Part shown: positions 1 through 13,244 of the stretch, piece after piece | How positions within the stretch are numbered: the first letter of the stretch is position 1 | How the letters are laid out: every line of letters starts with the position of its first letter | Source: Pecten maximus | Taxonomy: Eukaryota | Assembly: GCF_902652985.1 (NCBI RefSeq) | Contig: NC_047015.1 | Span: 19,096,001-19,160,000, forward strand | Reading direction: 5' to 3' | Length of the DNA: 64,000 nt | Notes under the pieces: generated by a model | What the model was told of the DNA's origin: nothing | The model's database searches: none | What the model saw: only the letters and a program-made list of their open reading frames with translations | Made by a program: the position numbers and the translations under genes

Positions 1-267
1 TCGTAAGGACTATTAGAGGTACATTTTTGTGTCTTTAATCTGTGATTTGAGTATCTGCAATATGTGATCTGGTCGCGAAGGGCCGGGAAGGGGTATATTT
101 GAGTGTCTGAAATATTTGTGACATGTCTCTGATGGGTAGAAGTGATATCTGTAAACGGGTGTTGATCTCCGAAATAACCGGCTATAATGGCTGCAGGGCT
201 CCCATATCTCGGACCAGAACACTTAATAAACAATCATTAATAAACTATAACGTTGCGTCTTTGGTAG

Positions 268-3200
268 GTAACGCCCGGCGGTGTGGCGGAGAGGAGCGGT
301 CTGCGAGCAGGTGATGGTGTCATCTTCATCAACGATGTCAACACAGACACCCTCACTCACGATGACGCCAAATCTCAAATCATCCGATCTGGGAATGATA
401 TTTACATGACAGTTCAAAGGTCAGTAAAGTGCTCAAATCATCTGAGAAGGGAGGCTTGCAGAATGTATGACTATAATATACCATGGTTTTGTTTGTTATA
501 ATGTCCGTATAATACTATGGTTTTGTTTGTTATAATGTCCGTATAATACTATGGTTTTGTTTGTTATAATGTCCGTACATGTTAATACTATGGTTTTGTT
601 TGTTATAATGTCCGTAATACTATGGTTTTGTTTGTTATAATGTCCGTATATGTTAATACTATGGTTTTGTTTGTTATAATGTCCGTATATGTTAATACTA
701 TGATTTTGTTTGTTATAATGTCCGTACATGTTAATACCATGGTTTTGTTTGTTATAACGTCCGTACATGTTAATACTATGGTTTTGTTTGTTATAATGTC
801 CGTACATGTTAATACTATGGTTTTGTTTGTTATAATGTCCGTAATACTATGGTTTTGTTTGTTATAATGTCCGTATATGTTAATACTATGGTTTTGTTTG
901 TTATAATGTCCGTAATACTATGGTTTTGTTTGTTATAATGTCCGTAATACTATGGTTTTGTTTGTTATAATGTCCGTATATGTTAATACTATGGTTTTGT
1001 TTGTTATAACGTCCGTACATGTTAATACTATGGTTTTGTTTGTTATAATGTCCGTACATGTTAATACTATGGTTTTGTTTGTTATAATGTCCGTACATGT
1101 TAATTCCATGGTTTGTTTGTTATAATGTCCGTATAATACCATGTATTTTTTTTGTTATAATGTCCGTATAATACCATGGTTTTGTTTGTTATAATGTCCG
1201 TATAATACTATGGTTTTGTTTGTTATAATGTCCGTATATGTTAATACTATGGTTTTGTTTGTTATAATGTCCGTATAACACCATGGTTTTGTTTGTTATA
1301 ATGTCCGTATAATACTATGGTTTTGTTTGTTATAATGTCCGTATAATACTATGGTTTTGTTTGTTATAATGTCCGTATATGTTAATACTATGGTTTTGTT
1401 TGTTATAATGTCCGTATAATACTATGGTTTTGTTTGTTATAATGTCCGTACATGTTAATACTATGGTTTGTTTGTTATAATGTCCGTACATGTTAATACT
1501 ATGGTTTGTTTGTTATAATGTCCGTACATGTCAATACTATAGTTTTGTTTGTTATAATGTCCGTACATGTTAATACTATAATGGTTTTGTTACATAGTTC
1601 TTCGCCGTCGATGCCTTGTCTGGATGAAAGCGTTGATTTGACTTGATCTCATTGACTTACCATGTAATATGGTCCTAGATCATCTATACTTTTTCTGATC
1701 AATGTCCTTAGTAATGGTACCTTTCTTCCCTTCCAACTCAAACATACAAAAATGGAAACGTAATTCACAATTTCTGATTCTTATCCTTCTTATACAATCT
1801 CTTGTTCCGGTCATAACTTTTCAGCCATTAAAGATGAATTGCACTAAACATAAGCCATGGTAACCTTGATAAAGGTGAAGGTCAAACATCTGCAATGGTA
1901 TTCTTGTCAGGCAACATTTGTGATGTAACAACTAACCTTCATAGCCCAGAGATGGTGTGAAATTAATTCAAGTGAACTTGACATCAAGGTCAAAAATCAA
2001 TTTAACTTCAAAATTTTCTATGTAATATTGTCGACAATAGTTTTTAGCTGTCACCGATATCTGTATTAGATACACCAAGTGTGCATCACACTGCCATTAG
2101 GTCGGTCTGGTAATCATCTCAAAGGTCAAATAAGTACAAAGGTATCAACATGTTATTCCCAACAATAATACAACCATTTAAGTTGTCATGTTTGTAGTCA
2201 CTCAAGGTGTAGTTCATTTCACTACGATGTTGTTACTGAATGTCGCTGCTTCTAAAATAATAATTATAACAAATGTTTATTCTGATGAATATTTTGTTAT
2301 GAAATTATGTGTATGACATATTGACTAGTTGCTTGACTAAAAGTCAAGGTCACAAAGTCAATATGATTTTGCTGTTACATACTTTGTAATGATACAAAGC
2401 AAAGTTGACCATAATCATATTAGGAATTGTCTGATCAAAGGTCAATGCCAATTGGATCCAAGGCAATGTGAAATTATGGTTCTTTTAGCTCCTAAATATT
2501 CTTATTTAACGCTTTATATTAATCAAATTCAGATAAAAATTCCATTGACAAAAAGGGTCAAAGTTAAAGGGCATATATTGAGTAGTTTTCTGGTTAATAT
2601 TTTGTTATGACTATGTTTGAAAAAGAAAGATCAAAATGAAATGAAACAGTAAATGAATGATGAAATGACTGTCAGCTTTCTATCCCTAACTAGTAAATGA
2701 ATCATAATTGATTTTAATTAAAGATGAGTCACATGGCTATAACTCAAGGTTATGTGTCAAATATCAGGGTCAATTGGCTTATATCTCTTTAACTGCTAGA
2801 TATTTCATGATCAACAAAAATGTGTTTTTCACTATTTGTAGGAAACATGTTTTTTGTACAAAACAATGTTTTCAAGTTTTCACTTGTATGATATGGAATT
2901 GTAGATATGAATTATTTGATTGTATTTCCTTCACACATCTATCAACAATTACAATGCACAGAACGTATGACATGAAATTCAGTTGAATTAAGATTGGTGA
3001 ACTCCTATATTTTGGGTGGTTTTTTTTTTACAGAGGGGCTGTGTCTGTTTGGGCTCCGAAAGTGACACCCATGTCTCAACTGCGTCCCCAGGAATTAAGG
3101 ACCATCAAGACATCAACAGGGGATGAAGTGCAGACTGTCCAAAAGACATCCCTGGCTCGGTCACACCAGCCTGTAAGTAGGCAAGGGCAGTGTGACCAGT

Positions 3201-6200
3201 CTGTATGTAGACAAGGACAGTGTGACCGGTCTGTATGTAGACAAGGACAGTGTTGGTGGGGAGTGTGACCAGTCTGTATGTAGACAAGGGCAGTGTGACC
3301 AGTATGTATGTAGACAAGGGCAGTGTGACTGGTCTGTATGTAGACAAGGACAGTGTTGGTGGGGAGTGTGACCAGTCTGTATGTAGACAAGGGCAGTGTG
3401 ACTGGTCTGTATGTAGACAAGGACAGTGTGACCAGTCTGTATGTAGACAAGGGCAGTGTGACCAGTCTGTATGTAGACAAGGACAGTGTGACCAGTCTGT
3501 ATGTAGACAAGGGCTGAGTGTGACCAGTCTGTATGTAGACAAGGGCTGAGTGTGACCAGTCTGTATGTAGACAAGGACAGTGTGACCAGTCTGTATGTAG
3601 ACAAGGGCAGTATGACCAGTCTGTATGTAGACAAGGACAGTGTGACCAGTCTGTATGTAGACAAGGGCAGTGTGACCAGTCTGTATGTAGACAAGGACAG
3701 TGTGACCAGTCTGTATGTAGACAAGGGCAGTATGACCAGTCTGTATGTAGACAAGGACAGTGTGACTGGTCTGTATGTAGACAAGGGCAGTGTGACCAGT
3801 CTGTATGTAGACAAGGACAGTGTGACCAGTCTGTATGTAGACAAGGGCTGAGTGTGACCAGTCTGTATGTAGACAAGGACAGTGTGACCAGTCTGTATGT
3901 AGACAATGACAGTATGACCAGTCTGTATGTAGACAAGGGCTGAGTGTGACCAGTCTGTATGTAGACAAGGGCTGAGTGTGACCAGTCTGTATGTAGACGA
4001 GGACAGTGTGACCAGTCTGTATGTAGACAAGGACAGTGTGACCAGTCTGTATGTAGACAAGGGCAGCGTGACCAGTCTGTATGTAGACAAGGGCAGTGTG
4101 ACTGGTCTGTATGTAGACAAGGGCAGTGTGACCAGTCTGTATGTAGACAAGGACAGTGTGACCAGTCTGTATGTAGACAAGGGCTGAGTGTGACCAGTCT
4201 GTATGTAGACAAGGACAGTGTGACCAGTCTGTATGTAGACAAGGACAGTGTGACCAGTCTGTATGTAGACAAGGGCTGAGTGTGACCAGTCTGTATGTAG
4301 ACAAGGACAGTGTGACCAGTCTGTATGTAGACAAGGGCAGTGTGACTGGTCTGTTGTAGACAAGGACAGTGTTGGTCGGGAGTGTGACCAGTCTGTATGT
4401 AGACAAGGGTAGTGTGACTAGTCTGTATGTAGACAAGGGTAGTGTGACCAGTCTGTATGTAGACAAGGGTAGTGTGACCAGTCTGTATGTAGACAAGGGT
4501 AGTGTGACTAGTCTGTATGTAGACAAGGGTAGTGTGACCAGTCTGTATGTAGACAAGGACAGTGTTGGTGGGGATTTAGATAAGTGTGTTTTGAGTTTAT
4601 GATTCCAGTAATTAAGGTATAATAACAATCATATTTGTATTGATACCCTGTATTACTATTGAATTGTAGGACCCTCTACACATAGGAAGTGGTTATAACA
4701 GGACACCCCGCTCCTTTACTCAGGCTCCCCAGTCACCAAAAAAACCTGTTCCCAACGTTGTTCATTGTCAGTTTAACACTCCAATCGGCCTGTACTCTGC
4801 TGATAACCTGGCAAACACATACAAGATGCAGACGGCTGGCATAGAGAAAGAAATGGAAAAGTATGTGCTTTACAAACATGACACTCTTTACCCTAGTGAG
4901 CATCTTATGATTCTTGTGTAACATACTGTGTACTTATCCAATAACAGGAAAATGATCTCTGATAACATATTTAGCTCATCTACCCAGAGGTTAATGTATA
5001 CTGTAACATCTTCTTGATGACCAAAAGGCCTAGAATCATAACACATGGCTAGGATCATGATATAGGGCTAGGATCATGATATAGGGCTAGGATAGGGCTA
5101 GGATCATGATATAGGGCTAGGATCATGATATAGGGCTAGAATCATGATATAGAAAATGCTTTCACTAATAACTAGAATCATGATATAGGGTTAGGATCAT
5201 GATATAGGGTTAGGATCATGATATAGGGCTAGGATCATGATATATAGAGGGCTAGAATCATGATATAGGGCTAGGATCATGATATATAGAGGGCTAGAAT
5301 CATGATATATAGAGGGCTAGGATCATGATATAGGGCTAGGATCATGATATAGGGCTAGAATCATGATATAGTGCTAGGATCATGATATAGGGCTTGGATC
5401 ATGATATAGGGCTAGGATCATGATATATAAAGGGCTAGAATCATGATATAGGGCTAGGATCATGATATAGGGCTAGAATCATGATATGGGGCTAGAATCA
5501 TGATATAGGGCTAGGATCATGATATAGGGCTAGGATCATGATATAGGGCTAGAATCATGATATAGGGCTAGGATCATGATATAGGGCTAGAATCATGATA
5601 TAGGGCTAGGATCATGATATAGGGCTAGGATTATGATATATAGAGGGCTAGAATCATGATATAGGGCTAGAATCACGATATATAGAGGGCTAGAATCATG
5701 ATATAGGGCTAGGATCATGATATAGGGCTAGGATTATGATATAGTGCTAGGATCATGATATAGGGCTAGGATTATGATATACTGGGCTAGGATCATGATA
5801 TAGGGCTAGGATCATGATATAGGGCTAGAAACATGATATAGGGCTAGGATCATGATATAGGGCTAGGATCATGATATAGGGCTAGGATCATGATATAGTG
5901 CTAGGATCATGATATAGAGCTAGAATCATGATATAGTGCTAGGATCATGATATAGGGCTAGAAACATGATATAGGGCTAGGATCATGATATAGGGCTAGG
6001 ATCATGATATAGGGCTAGGATCATGATATAGTGCTAGGATCATGATATATAGAGGGCTAGGATCATGATATAGGGCTAGGATCATGATATAGGGCTAGGA
6101 TCATGATATAGGGCTAGAATCATGATATAGGGCTAGAATCATGATCATGATATAGGGCTAGGATCATGATAGAGGGCTAGGATCATGATATAGGGCAAGA

Positions 6201-9200
6201 AACATGATATAGGGCTAGGATCATGATATATAGAGGGCTAGGATCATGATATAGGGCTAGAATCATGATCATGATATAGGGCTAGGATCATGATAGAGGG
6301 CTAGGATCATGATATAGGGCTAGGATCATGATATAGTGCTAGGATCATGATATAGAGCTAGAATCATGATATAGTGCTAGGATCATGATATAGGGCTAGA
6401 AACATGATATAGGGCTAGGATCATGATATAGGGCTAGGATCATGATATAGGGCTAGGATCATGATATAGTGCTAGGATCATGATATATAGAGGGCTAGGA
6501 TCATGATATAGGGCTAGGATCATGATATAGGGCTAGGATCATGATATAGGGCTAGAATCATGATATAGGGCTAGAATCATGATCATGATATAGGGCTAGG
6601 ATCATGATAGAGGGCTAGGATCATGATATAGGGCAAGAAACATGATATAGGGCTAGGATCATGATATATAGAGGGCTAGGATCATGATATAGGGCTAGAA
6701 TCATGATCATGATATAGGGCTAGGATCATGATAGAGGGCTAGGATCATGATATAGGGCAAGAAACATGATATAGGGCTAGGATCATGATATATAGAGGGC
6801 TAGGATCATGATATATAGAGGGCTAGGATCATGATATATAGAGGGCTAGGATCATGATATATAGAGGGCTAGGATCATGATATAGGGCTAGAATCATGAT
6901 ATAGGGCTAGAATCATGATATAGGCCTAGAATCATGATATAGGGCTAGAATCATGATATAGGGCTAGGATCATGATATGGAATTATAGTATAGGCCTAGA
7001 GTCATGAGATAGGCCTAGAATCATGTTATGGGATGAATTTCAACAGCAAGTTTGTGAAAGAAGCCACCTTGTTCTATATCCAATGTCACATGGATCAACT
7101 TTTGTTAAAACAGTGGGAAAAGGCCAAAATCATGCTATTTGGTTGGTAAAATTCTGTGATGAAACAAATTAACGTTTGTGTAAAGAAATGAATTTTACTT
7201 ACTTTCAAGACCACAATATCTTCTCATCATTAGCAACAAAGGAGCTAAAACATTACATTGAGCACCTTCATTTTCAGCCTGGATGTAGAGGATGCACCTG
7301 TTGGAACTCGTATGACTGGAACCTACCACAGACTGGACTCGCAAGGTGATGAGAGTAGCACAAAGGAAGGGCATGATTTGGAGGATGTGACCTCGCCTGA
7401 CCTCCCACCTGTCACCTCACCTGACCTGCCTGACCACCTACCTTCTGACCACCCTACTAATACTGATCAGAGTATGTTTGTGGTTTAACACTAACATGTT
7501 TTACTGACAACACCTGTTTTTGGTGAATGTACGTACCTTGTCCAGGTATACAGGTAAGGCATGCTCACATGAATATCATCTCCGCCTTCTGTTGGACGTG
7601 AAATTAGGGTCCAGTACCTATAAATATTACTTGCATTGATTGATTCAGAACAGAATGAAGAAATGCTAAGACATCATTCAGAAAATAAAACAATTCCACA
7701 TTATCCACTCGACAAATTACACATTATCCACTCGACAACAACTTAGTAAGTCAAGCTCTTCTCCTGTGTTCATTTATAATCAAAATTTATGACTCAGCTT
7801 TGTAGATAGACATAATTTTATTTGATATAAGAGAGTTGTGATGTTGATTAGGATATCAACAACAGTACAATATGTGTATGATGTATTAAAGCATTATACA
7901 TTCAGACGTATCAGAGGTTTATAGCGCCTTTTATTTTCTTTCAATTATGACAAAAAAAGTGAAACCATATCAAATGAGTGAAAAATTGCCCACAAGATAT
8001 TATTTTTAGGTTTGTTTTGAATTTTTTTGTTTCTGTAATCCAAGACAACAGTTTTTAAATTAATGGTGTTAGGTAACATGTTTGTTTATGACAAAATGGA
8101 AAGTGCAATTCTGATGTGTTCCTCCCTAAACTTCCTGTCATAACATCAAATCCTCAACCCTATTACCTAGTACTTGATTTTGAAAGTAACTTATGTATTT
8201 TGTTTCAATATGGCCCAGTCTCGGTTAATAATCGTCTATATTTAATTAATTCTATTATACAGACATATGACTTACTTTTTAATGCTCATTGTAAGTTTAT
8301 TTCCATTAATTAAAATATTTCCATCAGTATTTGTTGGTTGTGCAACTATCTAACAATAGTTTTTTTTGCATGTTGTTCCACTAATAGAGTTGGGGAATGT
8401 TTCTACACCTATTGAAAATTTGGAAATTATGTTCCACTAATTGGAGAATATTTCTCCAATAACAGAGTTGGAGAACTCCACTAAAAGGGTTGGGGAATGT
8501 TGTTTCACTAATAGAGTGGGGTGAAATGTTGTTTCACTAATAGAGTGGGGTGAAATGTTGTTCCACTAATGAAGTTGGGGAATGTTTCTCCACTAAAAGA
8601 GTTAGAGAATGTTTCTCCACTAATAGAGTTGGAGAATGTTTCTCCACTAATAGATTTGGATACAGTATGTCACTAAGTGGCCATCTACATTGACTAATGA
8701 CAATTGTATTGGTCTCTCACTCATGGTTCATACAGATAAGAAAAGTGTTTAAATTTCAGCCCAATTGCCTGGAAAAGTCTTGGAATTGGTTGACTGACCA
8801 TCTGTAGGAACCATGTCACTGCTGCTTACTTTTAATTATGGCAACTTATTAATGATTTGCTGAGCAAGATGATATCATATGCAAAATTGTGTATTAGTGT
8901 TGCTATGTACGTGCCAAATACACAGGTGGAAGGCGTCACAATACATTATGTTGATTTAACAGAATTCTCTATATTTATCATCATTGAGGTGATTTAAACA
9001 CATTAAAACAATTTACCAATATGTATAAACAGTACGAATCTACTAGTTAAATCAAGTACAGACAATTTTATGAAATTACATGACAAATTGAACCTCTTGG
9101 AGGTTAGACATCAAACTAACATGTCATAAGTTGCCCTCCAATCCTTTGTTCTCTGGTATCGTGGTAAACACAATATGGTTTTCCTGTTAATTACTTCTGG

Positions 9201-11165
9201 CAGATTTTGATATACATTATTCAATGTCCAGACGACAACCAGCCAAGTGGATTCAAGTCGGTCCGAGCTCCTGATCCGCAGACGGTCAGTCAGCAGCGCC
9301 CACAGCAGCAGAGCATGCATTGTGGGGAATGTGGGAACATGGTGATGTGAGTATCTATGATCATTTACACCGTGGGGAATGTGGGAACATGGTGATGTGA
9401 GTACCTATGATCATTTACACTGTGGGGAATGTGGGAACATGGTGATGTGAGTATCTATGATCATTTACACTGTGGGGAATGTGGGAACATGGTGATGTGA
9501 GTACCTATGATCATTTACACCATGGGAACATGGTGATGTGAGTACCTATGATCATTTACACCATGGGAACATGGTGATGTGAGTATCTATGATCATTTAC
9601 ACTGTGGGGAATGTGGGAACATGGTGATGTGAGTACCTATGATCATTTACACCATGGGAACATGGTGATGCGAGTATCTATGATCATTTACACTGTGGGG
9701 AATGTGGGAACATGGTGATGTGAGTATCTATGATCATTTACACTGTGGGGAATGTGGGAACATGGTGATGTGAGTACCTATGATCATTTACACTGTGGGG
9801 AATGTGGGAACATGGTGATGTGAGTATCTATGATCATTTACACTGTGGGGAATGTGGGAACATGGTAATGTGAGTACCTATGATCATTTACACTGTGGGG
9901 AATGTGGGAACATGGTGATGTGAGTATCTATGATCATTTACACTGTGGGGAATGTGGGAACATGGTGATGTGAGTACCTATGATCATTTACACCGTGGGG
10001 AATGTGGGAACATGGTGATGTGAGTATCTATGATCATTTACACTGTGGGGAATGTGGGAACATGGTGATGTGAGTACCTATGATCATTTACACCGTGGGG
10101 AATGTGGGAACATGGTGATGTGAGTACCTATGATCATTTACACCGTGGGGAATGTGGGAACATGGTGATGTGAGTACCTATGATCATTTACACCGTGGGG
10201 AATGTGGGAACATGGTAATGTGAGTATCTATGATCATTTACACCATGGGAACATGGTGATGTGAGTATCTATGATCATTTACACCGTGGGGAATGTGGGA
10301 ACATGGTAATGTGAGTACCTATGATCATTTACACTGTGGGGAATGTGGGAACATGGTGATGTGAGTATCTATGATCATTTACACCGTGGGGAATGTGGGA
10401 ACATGGTGATGTGAGTACCTATGATCATTTATACTATTTGAGGGACTGTTTCTTTCATGTCCTTTTACTTGTATACATATATTGTTAAAGAGAACCGGAC
10501 ACACCAACTACAGACCAATCTCAGTGAGGTGTCCTTTAAAACTGTAATGAATAGGTCACGATCACTTTTTATGCATTGAACCATCCACTGTATATTTATT
10601 TCATCTTGAACCTTTTCACTTGTGTTTACAGGGGAGTGTTTGTGAAGGTGCGAGGTGTACCCTATCATGCACAGTGTTTTAAGTGTGTGAGGTGTGGAAT
10701 TAATCTCAAACAGAAAGGTAAGCAACAGTTTGTCATTAAAGACATCATGTTTCCATGAGTTATTTATTGGTCAACTTATCTTTGATTCAGAGTTTTAAGT
10801 CATGTACTGTATTTATTGTAGGTAATGTCAGTGTAGATAATTGTACTGTCTGTTGATAGGTTACTTTGTGATCGAGGACAAGCTCTACTGTGAAATCCAT
10901 GCCAAGCAGGTCGCCCAGCCACCAGACCCCAACATGAAGGCTGTCCCTGTTTATAGGTAAAGTTTTAGCATATGATTTCAGCCATATCATATATTGACAT
11001 TGTTCTGAAGAATGGAATTTCAAGTTAAAAATTATAACGAAAGAAAATTACTTAAATTTTAAGGAGGATCAGACAGGTGTGTAATAAGATAGTGATGATT
11101 GTAGATGTATTTCTGATAAATACTCAATATGTGGATGCCAATAAACTCTTTCTGTGTATAGGTAA
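268..11165 (+). CDS. PDZ and LIM domain protein (ALP/PDLIM-type, PDZ-ZM-single LIM), 5'-partial
   Basis: Exons with GT-AG borders and consistent phases: 268-419 (C-half of PDZ, VTPGGVAERSGLRAGDGVIFIND), 3034-3172, 4670-4860 (ZASP-like motif VVHCQFNTPIGLYSADNL), 7278-7471, 9232-9346, 10632-10717, 10860-10956 (LIM: CGEC...HAQCFKCVRC...YCEIH), 11162-11165 (stop). Start exon is upstream of the window. Confidence 0.9.
470..1590. repeat. Minisatellite, ~39-bp unit (TAATACTATGGTTTTGTTTGTTATAATGTCCGTACATGT) with 32/34-bp variants, in a PDLIM intron
   Basis: Tandem periodicity read directly; explains ORFs 496-1142. Confidence 0.95.
3165..4560. repeat. Minisatellite, 30-32-bp unit (GTGTGACCAGTCTGTATGTAGACAAGGRCA), derived from the exon 3034-3172 donor junction
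   Basis: About 45 tandem copies; the first copy is the real junction CCAGCCT|GTAAGTAGGCAAGGGCA. Confidence 0.95.
5045..7025. repeat. Minisatellite, 19-bp unit GGGCTAGGATCATGATATA, with a higher-order duplication
   Basis: About 100 tandem copies. The unit contains the palindrome ATCATGAT. The variant pattern near 5880 recurs near 6320. Confidence 0.95.
8378..8660. repeat. Degenerate ~28-31-bp tandem repeat (CCACTAATAGAGTTGGRGAATGTTT)
   Basis: Several imperfect copies visible. Confidence 0.75.
9318..10430. repeat. Minisatellite, 50-bp unit (41-bp variants), spanning a LIM exon end and its 5' splice site
   Basis: Unit CACTGTGGGGAATGTGGGAACATGGTGAT|GTGAGTAYCTATGATCATTTA, about 23 copies. The first copy overlaps the coding exon (HCGECGNMV). 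Confidence 0.95.
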
Positions 11166-11849
11166 CCGTCAAACCTCCAAAGAATTTGTGTGACGTCATC
11201 CCGAGGGCTGTGGCAGATTAGGAATTGTTGTACCTGTGCCTACCCATTTGAAACTGTAGACCTGAAACATTGGTCATCTGGACAGTGGTAGCCTACTAGA
11301 CAGTGTGACTGCTGTAGGAGTATCAGAATTCCACCCAGTATCCCAGCATTTCCGTTGTCCCCTCGCTGACCCCGTGTGTTCCCCTCCCCCTACCTGATGC
11401 TATGACTTGGCATACAACTTTGAGAAATTAGCTGGGGACAAACTTAAGAACCAGAATCCAACATTGAACTAGGAACATCTCCCATTGATGCAACCTCCTT
11501 GCTAGCCAGGTTGATGTTAATAACCTGACTGACGAAGACTGTACAACACTATGAGGCGTGATAAGGTTCCAGGTGATAATGTCTACTGTTCCTAGTCAGT
11601 GTCTAGTATTTAATGTTGTGCTCGTGTAGATTACTTATTTTTGAATTGTTGATATTATATATCATTTTATTTTGAAGAAATTGATATTTTATTACTATTA
11701 TTATTATTATATATATATATATATATAAATTGTACAAGTTGAATACAATGTATTATTAATATTTTTATAACAAAAACATAGAAATAATGGCTATTACAGG
11801 GCTTAACAGGCAAGGATGAAGGGGCTTTAATGGAACGGGATCCAACTGA

Positions 11850-12570
11850 CCAGCATAGTTTAGTGGATATTACAGGGTTCTACAGATCAGGGTAATTGAT
11901 ATTACGTAATTAACATTACAGGGCTCTACAGATCAGGTTAATTGATATCCGGTAATATTACAGGGCTCTGCATATCGGGGTAATTCAAAGGATATTACAG
12001 TACGACAGGGTAATTTATAACTGATATGATATTACTGGGCTCTATAGATCAGGGTAATTTATAACTGATATGATATGACAGGGCTCTATAGATCAGGGTA
12101 ATTTATAACTGATATGATATGACAGGGCTCTACAGATCAGGGTAATTTTTAACTGATATGATAATACTGGGCTCTATAGATCGGGGTAATTTATAACTAA
12201 TATGATATTACTGGGCTCTATAGATCAGGGTAATTTATAACTGATATGATAATACTGGGCTCTATAGATCAGGGTAATTTATAACTGATATGATAATACT
12301 GGGCTCTATAGATCAGGGTAATTTATAACCAATATGATATTACTGGGCTCTATAGATCAGGGTAATTTATAACTGATATGATAATACTGGGCTCTATAGA
12401 TCAGGGTAATTTATAACTGATATGATATGACAGGGCTCTACAGATCAGGGTAATTTTTAACTGATATGATAATACTGGGCTCTATAGATCCGGGTAATTT
12501 ATAACTGATATGATAATACTGGGCTCTATAGATCAAGGTAATTTATAACTGATATGATAATACTGGGCTG
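11850..12570. repeat. 44-bp tandem repeat in the probable PDLIM 3' UTR
   Basis: Unit CTGGGCTCTATAGATCAGGGTAATTTATAACTGATATGATAATA; degenerate copies at the 5' edge; AATAAA near 12890 downstream. Confidence 0.9.
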
Positions 12571-13244
12571 AAGAGTTGCATGTTCTGTATTTTATACTAG
12601 GAAGATGATCTTCAAAATATTGATCTGAATTCAATCTGTAAGAGTCATTTTTTCACTTGTTTTAAATCACTGCCAAATAAGAGAAAACTTTTACATGTAT
12701 GAGGCATTCTGACAATTTGCTTCTGCTTATGTATATATACTACTGTATATCGCATCAGATACACTAAATGTCCTATATTTATAATAAATATAATATATAT
12801 ATTATTATGTATTTTCAGCATGCTGCTTTTGCAATTCATATGCTTTGTTTTCTTCTTTTTTTTGGATATAGTATTGTTGATTAAACATTAATAAAATGTA
12901 CTTGGTTTGTTTTTATTTTTTACATACTGTAAATGGTAGTATATAGTTATTTTCACAGATCGTTAGCATAAGTTTTAATATGAAACACATGAATGCTATA
13001 AGACATGATCATATTGAAGTATTGATAGTAATTAGCAACAAAATATATAGTCGCATATTTACAGAAGATTTAAATTTGTTAAGTCCCAAAATAAAGAATC
13101 TCTATAAAACTTTTTCATCATAATACAAGAAGGTTTATACAACGATGTTGAGATGTGTTGGATTTGGTGAACAGTGGTGAATATCAAAAACATATACAAG
13201 GAACCATAACTCACTCAAACAAGCAAGAGGTTGGACCATATGAT

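Noticed and set aside
496-1142. Short repetitive ORFs on both strands
   Set aside because: Products of the 39-bp satellite.
3076-4628. 398-507-aa minus-strand ORFs
   Set aside because: All three minus frames of the 30-bp satellite are stop-free; they are antisense to a PDLIM intron and show no protein features.
9318-10430. CRISPR-like regular repeats (also the 54-bp array)
   Set aside because: No unique spacers, no cas genes, eukaryotic intron context; these are plain tandem repeats.
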